Source: Candidatus Bathyarchaeota archaeon (GTDB taxonomy: Archaea > Thermoproteota > Bathyarchaeia > Bathyarchaeales > Bathycorpusculaceae). Taken from it: 64,000 nt of DNA. This document shows, one piece after another, positions 11,397 to 20,042 of this stretch. The position numbers and the translations under genes were made by a program. Location of the stretch: contig CAVTBV010000013.1 in the NCBI GenBank assembly GCA_963733095.1, positions 1 to 64,000 of the forward strand. The letters are read 5' to 3'. A model generated the notes under the pieces. That model was not told the origin of the DNA, ran no database searches, and was given only the letters and a program-made list of their open reading frames with translations. Position 1 is the stretch's first letter. The number at the start of each line of letters is the position of its first letter.

Positions 11397-11734
11397 AGAA
11401 ATATTTTTTTACCATAGTGGTGCTTTTCGGCTGATTTCTCAGACCCACCTTACCGTCATTAAGTCGTTTATTTTTTATTGCCTGTGGTTCTTTTTTTTCT
11501 TTGTGTGGGTGTGGGGCTCTAATGTTTGCACACTTCACTGTGGGCTTTGGAAACGTTTGCTTTTTTGGTTTAGGCTTGTTGACTTGTGTGGTTTTAGTGT
11601 GGGAAGAGCGTTTGCTTACACACCTCAACATAGAACCCATGCAGAGAAGTGTGGACGTGAGAGTACAAGCATGTAAGCAACTGATTTTAGTAACATAAAT
11701 CCAAACTCAAATCAAGCCCTAAATACTAAAATAA

Positions 11735-11754
11735 TAGCGGACCCGATGGGATGC
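11735..11754 (-). repeat. tRNA 3'-end-like fragment (possible att scar)
   Basis: Reverse complement gcATCCCATCGGGTCCGCTA resembles T-stem plus acceptor 3' strand. Confidence 0.4.
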
Positions 11755-12239
11755 ACTTAAATTTACGATTATTCAGGCTTGAATATTTCTGGGCGGGGGA
11801 TAATAGCCCCAATTTACCAGTAAAAAAATTGTTAATGATGATACAAAGGGGTTGCAAAAAAACTGGGCAAATCTACGTCTAATTTGAAAACTCTTTTAAT
11901 TGTCGCAAGTTCTTCGTTTGTCAAAGCCTCAACAACCCTAAGAAAATACTTGTTTCGTTGAAAACTCAAAACTATTCATCATTATAACCTATGATCCTTC
12001 TGATACAATAATAAGTGATCTAAAATGTATTGCTGCCATCCTTTAGTGTAACCAGCAAACTGATAAAGAAACCACTGTAGAGAGTTGTTTCACTTTCTGA
12101 CGCGGAGTCTATGATTAATGACTAAGAAATCTGAAGTGAAGTCATAACCCGCCGCGTCTAAATTGACAAAACTTAATAATGATTACAACTTCCATAATTT
12201 AGAAAAAATAATAATTCTATGGCGGTTTAAGGTCTACCC

Positions 12240-12437
12240 TTGTCAAAGAATTCTCTTACAACTATTGGCATAAGATTATGTGTTGTTAGCATTGCTATGC
12301 TATTTATAGGAATCGTGGCAATACATCCACATAATGTAATTGAAACCGAAATTGATGAATCGATTATTCTGGCAGCTGTATTTTTCTTGGTAGTTGGATT
12401 AATAGCGATTTTAAGGGACAGAACAAAACGCAAATGA
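12240..12437 (+). CDS. Small two-TM hypothetical protein
   Basis: Two hydrophobic helices and a basic tail. Confidence 0.5.
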   Translation: MSKNSLTTIGIRLCVVSIAMLFIGIVAIHPHNVIETEIDESIILAAVFFLVVGLIAILRDRTKRK

Positions 12438-12484
12438 CTTTTCAGAACGCTTTTAGACTTTCGCATCATCCTGTGACTGTTAAA

Positions 12485-12805
12485 TCAGATGGGAATTTTT
12501 CCTATGACGTTTTTCTTAAGTTTCACCCATAAATCTTTTCTGTTATAGAACATTGGAGTAATTACGTATTCTAGTTTGTAGTACACATAATCTAATTCTA
12601 CTGAGGCGCGGGCAGCAAGAGAACCTTGTATTTCGTAGTTTAATCCTATCGCTCATCCTGTAACGCCTTCTATCCACCATCCATCTAAAATTTGCCACCC
12701 ACATAAGGCTGCTTCTATTCCGCTTGTTCCTGAGGCTTCTTGGGTTGATAATGAAGTATTTAGCCAAATATCTACGCCTGCTATAGTTTTGGCTGCTGTC
12801 GCCAT
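12485..12805 (-). pseudogene. Hypothetical ORF interrupted by one in-frame TGA
   Basis: [10 protein letters not shown]...IEGVTG*AIGLNYEIQ...KIPI*; 107 codons in one frame. Confidence 0.3.
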
Positions 12806-12845
12806 GTCATAGTTTTCTAAATACTAAATTTTTTATCGCTTCAGG

Positions 12846-13781
12846 TTAAGTTTTCTTGATTGTGAGATTCTTTGAATGCTGATCGTGTGCTTCATCAGAC
12901 TCGATTCTAATCTTAAAATCCAAGACTTTGTCAAACATTTGCTTTATCTTCTCTTCCACCTCAGTAGCTATTTGGTCCGCCTCCCTAACGAGCATTTCAC
13001 TGGAAACAACAACATGCATATCTCCGGTCATGTATGGTCCCAACCTTCTCACGCGAATGCTGTGCACTTCCTTGACGCCTTTAACATTTTTCGCTATTTC
13101 TCCAATTGCACCAACGAAATCTCCACAGCTGCACGCATCCACTAGAACCAAAGAGGATTCTTTAAATATCGAATATGCGCCAACAAAAATGGCGCCTGAT
13201 ATCAATATTCCCGCAACTGAGTCTGCATGTAAGATTCCAAAATACCTACTAAGGACAACACCAATAAAAACTGCGATCGAGGTAAGTACATCCAGAGTGC
13301 TGCCTAGGCCGCCAACCCTGAGGGCTGTTGAACCCAACTTTTTTGCCGACTTGTTAATCCATGCAGATACTACCAAAACCACTATTGCTGATGCTGCGGC
13401 AACGAATATGGCTGTTTCAGCGTTTGCGACTGTCCTTTGTGCTACCCAAGCGTTGTATGCTTCAAAGAGAACGAAACCTCCAAAAACTGCTAAAACAAAG
13501 GCTGCAATGAAACTTCCAAGAGCCTCTATTCGATAGTAGCCAAAGTGAAAGGTTCCGTCAGGAGACCGCCCTGAAAGTCTTATGCCGATCCATATAATTA
13601 AGAAAATCAAGGATGTAGCGATAGATTGAATTCCGTCTGCTAATAGCGCAACGCTGGTGGAGAATAATGCAGCTACCACTTCAACCACGCCCACGGCTAA
13701 GATTATGAAGAAAGCTGTTTGAGCAATTACCCCGCCTTTCTTTAGATCTTGTGATGACAACGGCGTCAACCTTGTGAGCAA
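12846..13781 (-). CDS. Cation diffusion facilitator (CDF) transporter
   Basis: SVALLADG, FHFGYYRIE, 6 TM helices, C-terminal VHSIRVRRLG domain. Confidence 0.92.
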   Translation of the reverse strand: MLTRLTPLSSQDLKKGGVIAQTAFFIILAVGVVEVVAALFSTSVALLADGIQSIATSLIFLIIWIGIRLSGRSPDGTFHFGYYRIEALGSFIAAFVLAVFGGFVLFEAYNAWVAQRTVANAETAIFVAAASAIVVLVVSAWINKSAKKLGSTALRVGGLGSTLDVLTSIAVFIGVVLSRYFGILHADSVAGILISGAIFVGAYSIFKESSLVLVDACSCGDFVGAIGEIAKNVKGVKEVHSIRVRRLGPYMTGDMHVVVSSEMLVREADQIATEVEEKIKQMFDKVLDFKIRIESDEAHDQHSKNLTIKKT

Positions 13782-14075
13782 TTATTAAGGAAGATCTTAG
13801 TTAGAGTGATTATTTAATTCACCTGTAATAACAGATGAAAGAAACATAGCTGCAAACGCTGCTAATAACTTCAAGTTGTTTTGGCTCCCACCAAAGTTAA
13901 TTGGATACGAACCAAGAATGGTTCAGGTCTCTACCGAGCCTATCCCTGAAACGTATGAGCCACTGTGTTCTCAATGTATCTTTAGCTTTTTTCTGGTTTT
14001 GAGTTAAAATTTCTGTAAATGTGGGATATGCATAATACATTAAGCGAGTCCTAATTTTTTCTTGGGAAACACTGA

Positions 14076-14095
14076 TGGCGGGCTCACTGGGATGC
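14076..14095 (-). repeat. tRNA 3'-end fragment including CCA (possible att scar)
   Basis: Reverse complement gcATCCCAGTGAGCCCGCCA; a related GGTTCAAATCCCAGTGGCC piece lies at 14149-14167. Confidence 0.5.
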
Positions 14096-14193
14096 GTTCA
14101 AACTATTAAGCGAATCCAATACAATCAAAGGATAAACCGACGTAGTAAGGCCACTGGGATTTGAACCATAGGACAAGTGGAGATGTCACCCGA

Positions 14194-14236
14194 ACACTTC
14201 ATTATTAGTTAGACTTTTGAAGTTAATGATATACCA
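14194..14236. repeat. Left terminal inverted repeat
   Basis: Reverse complement tggtatatcattaacttcaaaagtctaactaataatgaagtgt. Confidence 0.8.
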
Positions 14237-14296
14237 ACATTGTTAATGTGTTTATTGAATAAAAGTCTTTCACTCGCTTGCGCTGAGTTAACTTAT

Positions 14297-14869
14297 TTAG
14301 CTAAAGTTTCTTGTCCATCCATTATTGTCAGCGATAGTTGGCAATATTGACTCAATAACATAGTGCAGAGGGACATTATCAGATTCGGCATATTGGTATT
14401 CAGCTGTTGTTAACCCTGTTGATTCATTGAATGAGGTGTTTACAGGTAAATGTTGTATTAAATATGCTCCAGCTAAGGCACCCATGTCAGAATCAATATA
14501 TTGTTGAGGAATTTCCCAGAATGAATCGATGAACTGAACGTAATTTTCGCTCCATGTTTTACTCGAATCATAATGTTTTGAGAATATGTCGGTCATGCTC
14601 TGACTTAGCCATGTTACGTTGTTGATATATTCAGGTTTTAGATGCCATTCGTACACAACTTTGGTTGGGGTTGCTGTGGGAGTTGGTGTAGTATAAGAAA
14701 TTGGTGTTGGTGTTGGCATTTGTGTTGGTGTTGGTGACTGATTAGGCGTTTTATGGTTAAGTTGGTTAATTTCTTGTTGCAAGTAACTAAAGCCAACTAC
14801 CATACTCACTATGATAACCAACAAAATAGCAATTATTATTGGGATAATCTTGTTGTTCATTGTATTCAA
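14297..14869 (-). CDS. Membrane-anchored protein with Pro/Thr linker
   Basis: N-terminal TM helix, PTPTQMPTPTP linker, extracellular domain. Confidence 0.75.
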   Translation of the reverse strand: MNTMNNKIIPIIIAILLVIIVSMVVGFSYLQQEINQLNHKTPNQSPTPTQMPTPTPISYTTPTPTATPTKVVYEWHLKPEYINNVTWLSQSMTDIFSKHYDSSKTWSENYVQFIDSFWEIPQQYIDSDMGALAGAYLIQHLPVNTSFNESTGLTTAEYQYAESDNVPLHYVIESILPTIADNNGWTRNFS

Positions 14870-15030
14870 GATAATAGGCTATATTTGAATTAAAAAACTT
14901 GTCCGTAAAAGTCTTTTGACTAAGCTCAGTCAAGTTTTCTTGACTAAGTTAGCTGAAGGATAATGTTTGATTGAATTATATTTTTTCCAGGTTTCCTTAG
15001 CGCTTGCTCAATCTATGTTTCGGAGCATAA

Positions 15031-15180
15031 TCAAGACGATTGAAGAACCAGTTGGTCACCCTCAAGTTTCCAGAAACGTTGGCGACCAGAAGCCAACCGC
15101 TTCAATCTTTTCAGAGGAACACTACCCACATGATAGCCACCTTGACTTCCCTTTTTAGAAACTCTCAAAATTACCTTCAA
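15031..15180 (-). CDS. 49-aa AbrB/SpoVT-like microprotein (copy 2)
   Basis: TTG start; MKVILRVSKKGSQGGYHVGSVPLKRLKRLASGRQRFWKLEGDQLVLQSS; paralogous to adjacent ORF. Confidence 0.65.
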   Translation of the reverse strand: MKVILRVSKKGSQGGYHVGSVPLKRLKRLASGRQRFWKLEGDQLVLQSS

Positions 15181-15324
15181 TTAACACGACTCCAAAACAA
15201 GCCACTCGCCATCCAAAGACCAAGCCAACTTACGACCAGAAGCTACCTGTTTCAATTTTTTCATAGGAACACTACAAATTCGAGAACCATTCTCAGTGGT
15301 AGTTACTTTCAATAAGACCTTCAA
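15181..15324 (-). CDS. 47-aa AbrB/SpoVT-like microprotein (copy 1)
   Basis: TTG start; MKVLLKVTTTENGSRICSVPMKKLKQVASGRKLAWSLDGEWLVLESC; stop abuts the start of copy 2. Confidence 0.65.
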   Translation of the reverse strand: MKVLLKVTTTENGSRICSVPMKKLKQVASGRKLAWSLDGEWLVLESC

Positions 15325-15429
15325 ATAAAGCTATCCTCATCAAACTACCTATCCCATTTCCTTAATTTATGCTTTATTATATTCTATTATTGTCCATATT
15401 CCATGCAGAGTTTTGTGTATTAATATCAA

Positions 15430-15752
15430 GTGAAGGTGGGTGGCACGACGACGTTAACACCACCTTTCTTGCAGAAAGGTGGCGCCAAAGATGATTAACC
15501 GCGCGGTCTTGTTAGTCCGCTCGGTTGTTTTGTTGTGTTGCCCTACTGGGTGAGGGCAACGCAGTCAAGAACCGCATTGTTATTTTTTTTGGTTTTGCGT
15601 TGAGATACTGTGGCGACATAAACCCAAGCCCTGTTGGGTTTCGGTCGTTTCAGCCGACGCGAAAGGTTTATTGTCGCCAATGACAGAGGGACGCATATCA
15701 GCCCCGCATTGTGTTAGTCATTTGACTCCATTTGAATGTGACTAAAACGCGT
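15430..15752 (+). ncRNA. Candidate structured non-coding RNA (unassigned)
   Basis: At least 6 helices, GC-rich island in AT-rich context, G-U pairs work only on the + strand. Confidence 0.5.
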
Positions 15753-15821
15753 TTTACAAAATCCTCAACTATTCCTTTCATTGCAAAAGCTTAAGGCGCA
15801 TTCATGACAAACGCTTAGAAC

Positions 15822-16340
15822 ATGATAACCATAACGGAACAGCTTTGGAGCGATGTAAAGCAATCGACAATAAGGGGAGTTATGAAACTCTTGGATGCTT
15901 CGCAAATGCTTTTACTAAATAATGGAAATAAGGAGGTCTGTGCAGGTTTGTACAGTTACGCTGTCGAAGAATACGGAAAATACCTCAGACTGACTGATTG
16001 TCTAAAGGTGCAAAATGGTGTTGAACTTGATTATTATGATATCTTTAGAGAAAGACGCCATGAAAAGAAGTTTAGAAGAGCCATCGATGACCTAAAGAGC
16101 AAGGACGCTTGGGAATGCACCATTTTAGCAAAGGGTCTCTTTGATCCTGCTATATTTGACCCTAAAATTTTTGATACCAGACCTCCTGTTGTTGTGGATT
16201 TCAATGCACGAATGGGGGTTTTCTATTGCGATTTGGATGATTCAAAACAGAGTTTAAGGGCTATTCCAGAGGTAGATATTGTACTTTTAGAAAAAGCGAT
16301 AATAAAGCTTAGAGAAATTCTGTTACCTCTAATCTCTTAA
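15822..16340 (+). CDS. HEPN AbiV-family protein
   Basis: LLDASQMLL...GLYSYAVEEYGK and RRHEKK match the AbiV-type EExGK / HxxK pattern. Confidence 0.7.
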   Translation: MITITEQLWSDVKQSTIRGVMKLLDASQMLLLNNGNKEVCAGLYSYAVEEYGKYLRLTDCLKVQNGVELDYYDIFRERRHEKKFRRAIDDLKSKDAWECTILAKGLFDPAIFDPKIFDTRPPVVVDFNARMGVFYCDLDDSKQSLRAIPEVDIVLLEKAIIKLREILLPLIS

Positions 16341-17611
16341 TTGGACTGCGATTGTTTGATATAGCCTGATTTTAGCTTCTCCGCATCTTTTTTGAATTGT
16401 TTTACAAACTCTGGGTTGTTCGCTAACTTGTTAGCTACTTGTTCCATTATGCTGTCAGCCATTTCCCTGTAACTCTCGGAATTTGCTATTTGCTTAATCA
16501 TGTTGCTTAAAGCCTCAAGCTCATTTTTAACGTCCTCAAGTTCTTTGCCTTTCTCGTCAAGTTGCCTCTTTATCTTTTGATTTTCCTCAGAAATCACATC
16601 AGTAATTGTTCTCTGGTCAGTTAAGTCACTCTGAAGTCTTTTTATAGCGTTTTTTAGAGGCTCAATTTTCTCAATATCGAGTTTTGGCTGTTCTGTAATG
16701 CTCAAGAATGTTTTTAGTTGGATAAATTTCTGCCTCAGATTTACAGTTGTCAAATATGTGTCGTCTGATTGTGCTATGGCTTTTCCGCAAAGCTTCTTTC
16801 CCGCCGTTAAGCCAATTCCGCTATCGATTGATGCAGAGAGGAACATTTTTCTAAAACAGTGAAATGAAACGCACTTGCCGTTAAGGTTAATCTTTGCTTT
16901 TTCTGTTAAACGCTGTAAGAGCTTGTTTAGCCATTCGTCAGAGATGCTTCTATTTCCATTAGAGGGGAAAAGGTATGGGTTGCCGTTTTTGCGTTCTAAA
17001 GTTGGCAAATAGATTTTGAGAAGGTCAACTGTTTCTTTGCTTAGAAAACCGTACGCTAAGACGCCCTCTTTTACGGTCATAGTTTCGAAGGCTATCGGCG
17101 GTTCTTGGTCTAATAATGGTAAATCGGATTTTTTTAGCGCAATAAAATCGCCTATCCTTAAACCCAAATCCGTTGCCATGATCAAAATTACTCTTTCCCT
17201 CAGGTCAGCTACTTCAAACATTTTACGGACATATTCAATCGTTAGAGGGAAATTCTTGGTTGTTTTAACCGTCTTTCCTATTTTGCTTCCGTTTCTAAAG
17301 CGTATTGGCATTTCATAATATCTGAAAAGTTGCCTAATTCCTAAGGTTTGAACTCTTGCTGTGTTGATGCTTCCTTGAGTTAGAAGTTGACTATGGAATT
17401 TTTCTATTTCTTTTTCAAAGTGTGAAGCTCTGTTTCGATATTCAATCAGGTTTTCTCCTGCTTGTTGGGTTAGGTCTTCTTTTCTAAGCTCAAGGATTTG
17501 TTCTGCGGTCTTTCCGTACCATTCACAGAACTTTTTAAGTCCATGTCTGTAACATTTTCTTGTTTTTGGGTTTGATATTGACTCAAGGAAGACTTGACTA
17601 CTCAATTCCAT
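16337..17611 (-). CDS. Tyrosine recombinase/integrase with C-terminal coiled coil
   Basis: GLRIGD (Arg), FHCFRK (HxxR), DTY (Tyr); N-terminal TRKCYRHGLKKF. Confidence 0.92.
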   Translation of the reverse strand: MELSSQVFLESISNPKTRKCYRHGLKKFCEWYGKTAEQILELRKEDLTQQAGENLIEYRNRASHFEKEIEKFHSQLLTQGSINTARVQTLGIRQLFRYYEMPIRFRNGSKIGKTVKTTKNFPLTIEYVRKMFEVADLRERVILIMATDLGLRIGDFIALKKSDLPLLDQEPPIAFETMTVKEGVLAYGFLSKETVDLLKIYLPTLERKNGNPYLFPSNGNRSISDEWLNKLLQRLTEKAKINLNGKCVSFHCFRKMFLSASIDSGIGLTAGKKLCGKAIAQSDDTYLTTVNLRQKFIQLKTFLSITEQPKLDIEKIEPLKNAIKRLQSDLTDQRTITDVISEENQKIKRQLDEKGKELEDVKNELEALSNMIKQIANSESYREMADSIMEQVANKLANNPEFVKQFKKDAEKLKSGYIKQSQSN

Positions 17612-17636
17612 TCATCCACACTCCATATATTTTGTG

Positions 17637-17679
17637 TGGTATATCAAACTACCTCAAAAGCCAACTAATAGTAAAGTGT
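17637..17679. repeat. Right terminal inverted repeat
   Basis: tggtatatcaaactacctcaaaagccaactaatagtaaagtgt. Confidence 0.8.
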
Positions 17680-18007
17680 ACACCCGCAAAACCCCTTTTT
17701 AGTGCAGTCTTAACAGTTCTTATCTCTAAACGGCTACAACTGACTATCCTCTTTTTATCTAGCTTCTGCGTCCGCAATTAATGTTAAATATTGAATAAGA
17801 CGAGATACAAACAGGTGCTTGTTTGTGGAAATGTCGATACCTTTCTCTTTCATGACTTGAACTACTATGGGTTAACTTTGTCGGCCGGTTTATTACCCGC
17901 ACTTGATGCAGTGATTCTATCTTTTCCATATTTGTTAGCAAAGGCTTCTGCTATTTGACTTCTGCCAGCGTTTTCGACACACACGAATAGAACTTTCTTT
18001 ATGACAA

Positions 18008-18313
18008 TCAACTCTTGGTTCGTTTTACTGGATAGGTCTTTCTTAGACCACGAATTAATTCTTGAGTCTGCTTTTTAGATTGATGTTTTATGGCGCCAGC
18101 AGGGCAAATTGAATCGCATCCAGAACACAATAACACACAGTTGGTTGGAGTCTTTACTATGGGGCGTTTCTTTCCGTTCTTCTCTTCAAAATCAAATGTT
18201 CTAAAGGTGCAGTATTCAACGCATTTTCCGCAGTTTACGCATTTTTCATAATCAATTGTTGGGTACCAAGGTACTTTACTTCGAGGGATTCCGTGCCAAG
18301 TTTCTTCCGACAT
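18008..18313 (-). CDS. 2x[4Fe-4S] ferredoxin family protein
   Basis: CVNCGKCVEYC and CVLLCSGCDSICP; N-terminal GIPRxxVPW. Confidence 0.9.
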   Translation of the reverse strand: MSEETWHGIPRSKVPWYPTIDYEKCVNCGKCVEYCTFRTFDFEEKNGKKRPIVKTPTNCVLLCSGCDSICPAGAIKHQSKKQTQELIRGLRKTYPVKRTKS

Positions 18314-18488
18314 TTTAAAGTCACTTTGAAGGCGCGAGTTCTTATATTTTGTTACAATTGACCCGCTATTTAATCTGATTGGTAGGAAAAAATGATAATT
18401 ATCGTTAGAGACATAAGTTCAGATTTTTCTGAAAAATCAGCAAAGTTTAAATGTTGAGAAAGTTAATGCCATAATCAAGGTAATTTGT

Positions 18489-18740
18489 ATGAGTAGTTGT
18501 ATTGGTGATACCTGCAGAATTGATGCAGTAATATCGATGGATGCGAAAGGACAAATTGTTCTTCCGAAGGATTTGCGTGAAAAGGCAAACTTCAAGCCAA
18601 ACGACAAAATAGCTGTAGTAGCTTGCGAAAAAGACGGTAAAGTATGCTGCATTATGATGTTGAAAGCTGAAAGACTACAGGGTGCCTTAACCAAAACGCT
18701 CGGTCCATTGCTCAAAGGAGTAACTAAACAGGAGAGTTAA
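18489..18740 (+). CDS. AbrB-like regulator resembling HgcAB-associated HgcC
   Basis: CRIDAVISMDAKGQIVLPKDLRE...DGKVCCI. Confidence 0.75.
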   Translation: MSSCIGDTCRIDAVISMDAKGQIVLPKDLREKANFKPNDKIAVVACEKDGKVCCIMMLKAERLQGALTKTLGPLLKGVTKQES

Positions 18741-18743
18741 TTT

Positions 18744-19571
18744 ATGAAAGAAGAAAAAGTTAAGAAACTTGTTAGAAATCGTTATGCAAAAGTTGCTAAA
18801 ACCAAAGGTTCTTGCTGTGCTTCAAATGTCAGCTGCTGCTCAGCTCCGACAAACGACCAAGTTAGCAAAATGATTGGTTACAGCGAAGAAGAGATGAACG
18901 CTGTTCCAGAAGGTGCCAATCTCGGATTAGGCTGTGGCAATCCGACAGCTTTAGCATCTTTGAAAAAAGGCGAGAGAGTTCTGGATTTGGGTTCAGGTGC
19001 AGGCTTTGACTGCTTTTTGGCAGCTAAGAAAGTAGGAAAGCTTGGGAAAGTCATCGGCGTAGACATGACTCCTGAAATGCTTGACAAAGCAAGAGCTAAC
19101 TCCAAAAAAGGCAAATACACAAATGTCGAGTTCAGGCTCGGAGAAATTGAAAACCTTCCTGTCGCAGACAATTCAGTCGACGTTATAATATCAAACTGCG
19201 TAATCAACCTCGCCCCAAACAAGAAACGAGTATTCGAAGAAGCGTTCAGAGTTCTTGCCCCAAAAGGTCGATTGATGGTTTCGGACATTGTCCTCCTGAA
19301 AGAGTTGCCTGAGTCTATTCAAAATAATGTTGAAGCCTATGCTGGATGCATCTCTGGAGCAGAACTAAAAGACAAATACCTTGAACTAATCCAAAAAGCA
19401 GGATTCAAAGAAGTAAAAGTTATAGACGAAAAAACTTACCCGCTTGAATACATCATAAGTGAATCCACATTGAAAGATGCAATCAAAATGGCAAACATGA
19501 CCGAAGAAGAGGTAAAGGAAGCAGCCAACACTGTGGTAAGCGTAAAAGTATCTGCAGTGAAAACGGCATAA
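18744..19571 (+). CDS. arsM: Arsenite S-adenosylmethionine methyltransferase
   Basis: [26 protein letters not shown] and AGCISGA motifs; N-terminal Cys pairs. Confidence 0.93.
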   Translation: MKEEKVKKLVRNRYAKVAKTKGSCCASNVSCCSAPTNDQVSKMIGYSEEEMNAVPEGANLGLGCGNPTALASLKKGERVLDLGSGAGFDCFLAAKKVGKLGKVIGVDMTPEMLDKARANSKKGKYTNVEFRLGEIENLPVADNSVDVIISNCVINLAPNKKRVFEEAFRVLAPKGRLMVSDIVLLKELPESIQNNVEAYAGCISGAELKDKYLELIQKAGFKEVKVIDEKTYPLEYIISESTLKDAIKMANMTEEEVKEAANTVVSVKVSAVKTA

Positions 19572-19595
19572 ACCCATCAAAAAAGACGGAACACA

Positions 19596-19687
19596 TAGGA
19601 GATAAAAGCTTCACCCCTGCAGTTTTCAGATTGTGGTTGCTTCGAACCCTCTGTGAATGGAGAAATCACCCGCATCACCCCATTTTT
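19596..19687. repeat. Dispersed ~92-bp non-coding repeat, copy A (putative empty recombination site)
   Basis: Aligns with 28684-28776; core tggaga..TCACCCGca..accc..ttttt. Confidence 0.8.
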
Positions 19688-20042
19688 CTTAAAATCTGTG
19701 CTTTATGAAGAAGCAGAAAAAGGAAATATTTGGACAAACATACGTAAACGCTTGCTTGAAAAGTAGTTTTAGGTCAAGGAAGGGCTTTTGCCGAGTATAT
19801 TGTTCCAAAAAGGAGAACAGAATTATCACTTCACAGCTGAGAAAGCAAAGGTGTTATTTTATCTATTATTGAATGAAAGAACAAGGTGAACGTCTAAAGG
19901 GGTTCAGGAATGCCTATTTAAATCTTGATACGAAAGATTTCGTAGGCAAGACCCATTTGTTATACAAATGAAGCGAGAGCCACAATTAGCGATGATTAGC
20001 AAAACTTATGATTTGCCCGCTCAATATTTAATTGTCTAATTC

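Larger units (their letters stand above)
14187..17686. mobile_element. ~3.5 kb tyrosine-recombinase element with ~43-bp imperfect terminal inverted repeats and CACCCG direct repeat
   Basis: CACCCG at 14187-14192 and 17681-17686; 14194-14236 is the inverse of 17637-17679 (about 35/44 aligned columns, by hand); integrase inside the right end. Confidence 0.8.

Noticed and set aside
11380-11698. Overlapping short ORFs on both strands
   Set aside because: Low-complexity composition, no recognisable family, frame cannot be chosen
14660-14740. TGTTGG tandem repeats
   Set aside because: They encode the Pro/Thr linker of the membrane protein
15083-15275. 43-bp direct repeat spaced 150 bp, considered as CRISPR-like or iteron
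   Set aside because: Explained by two tandem paralogous microprotein genes on the minus strand
15611-15700. Hammerhead ribozyme or c-di-GMP-I riboswitch
   Set aside because: GAAA and GGGACGCA words occur, but no CUGANGA core or correct helix order
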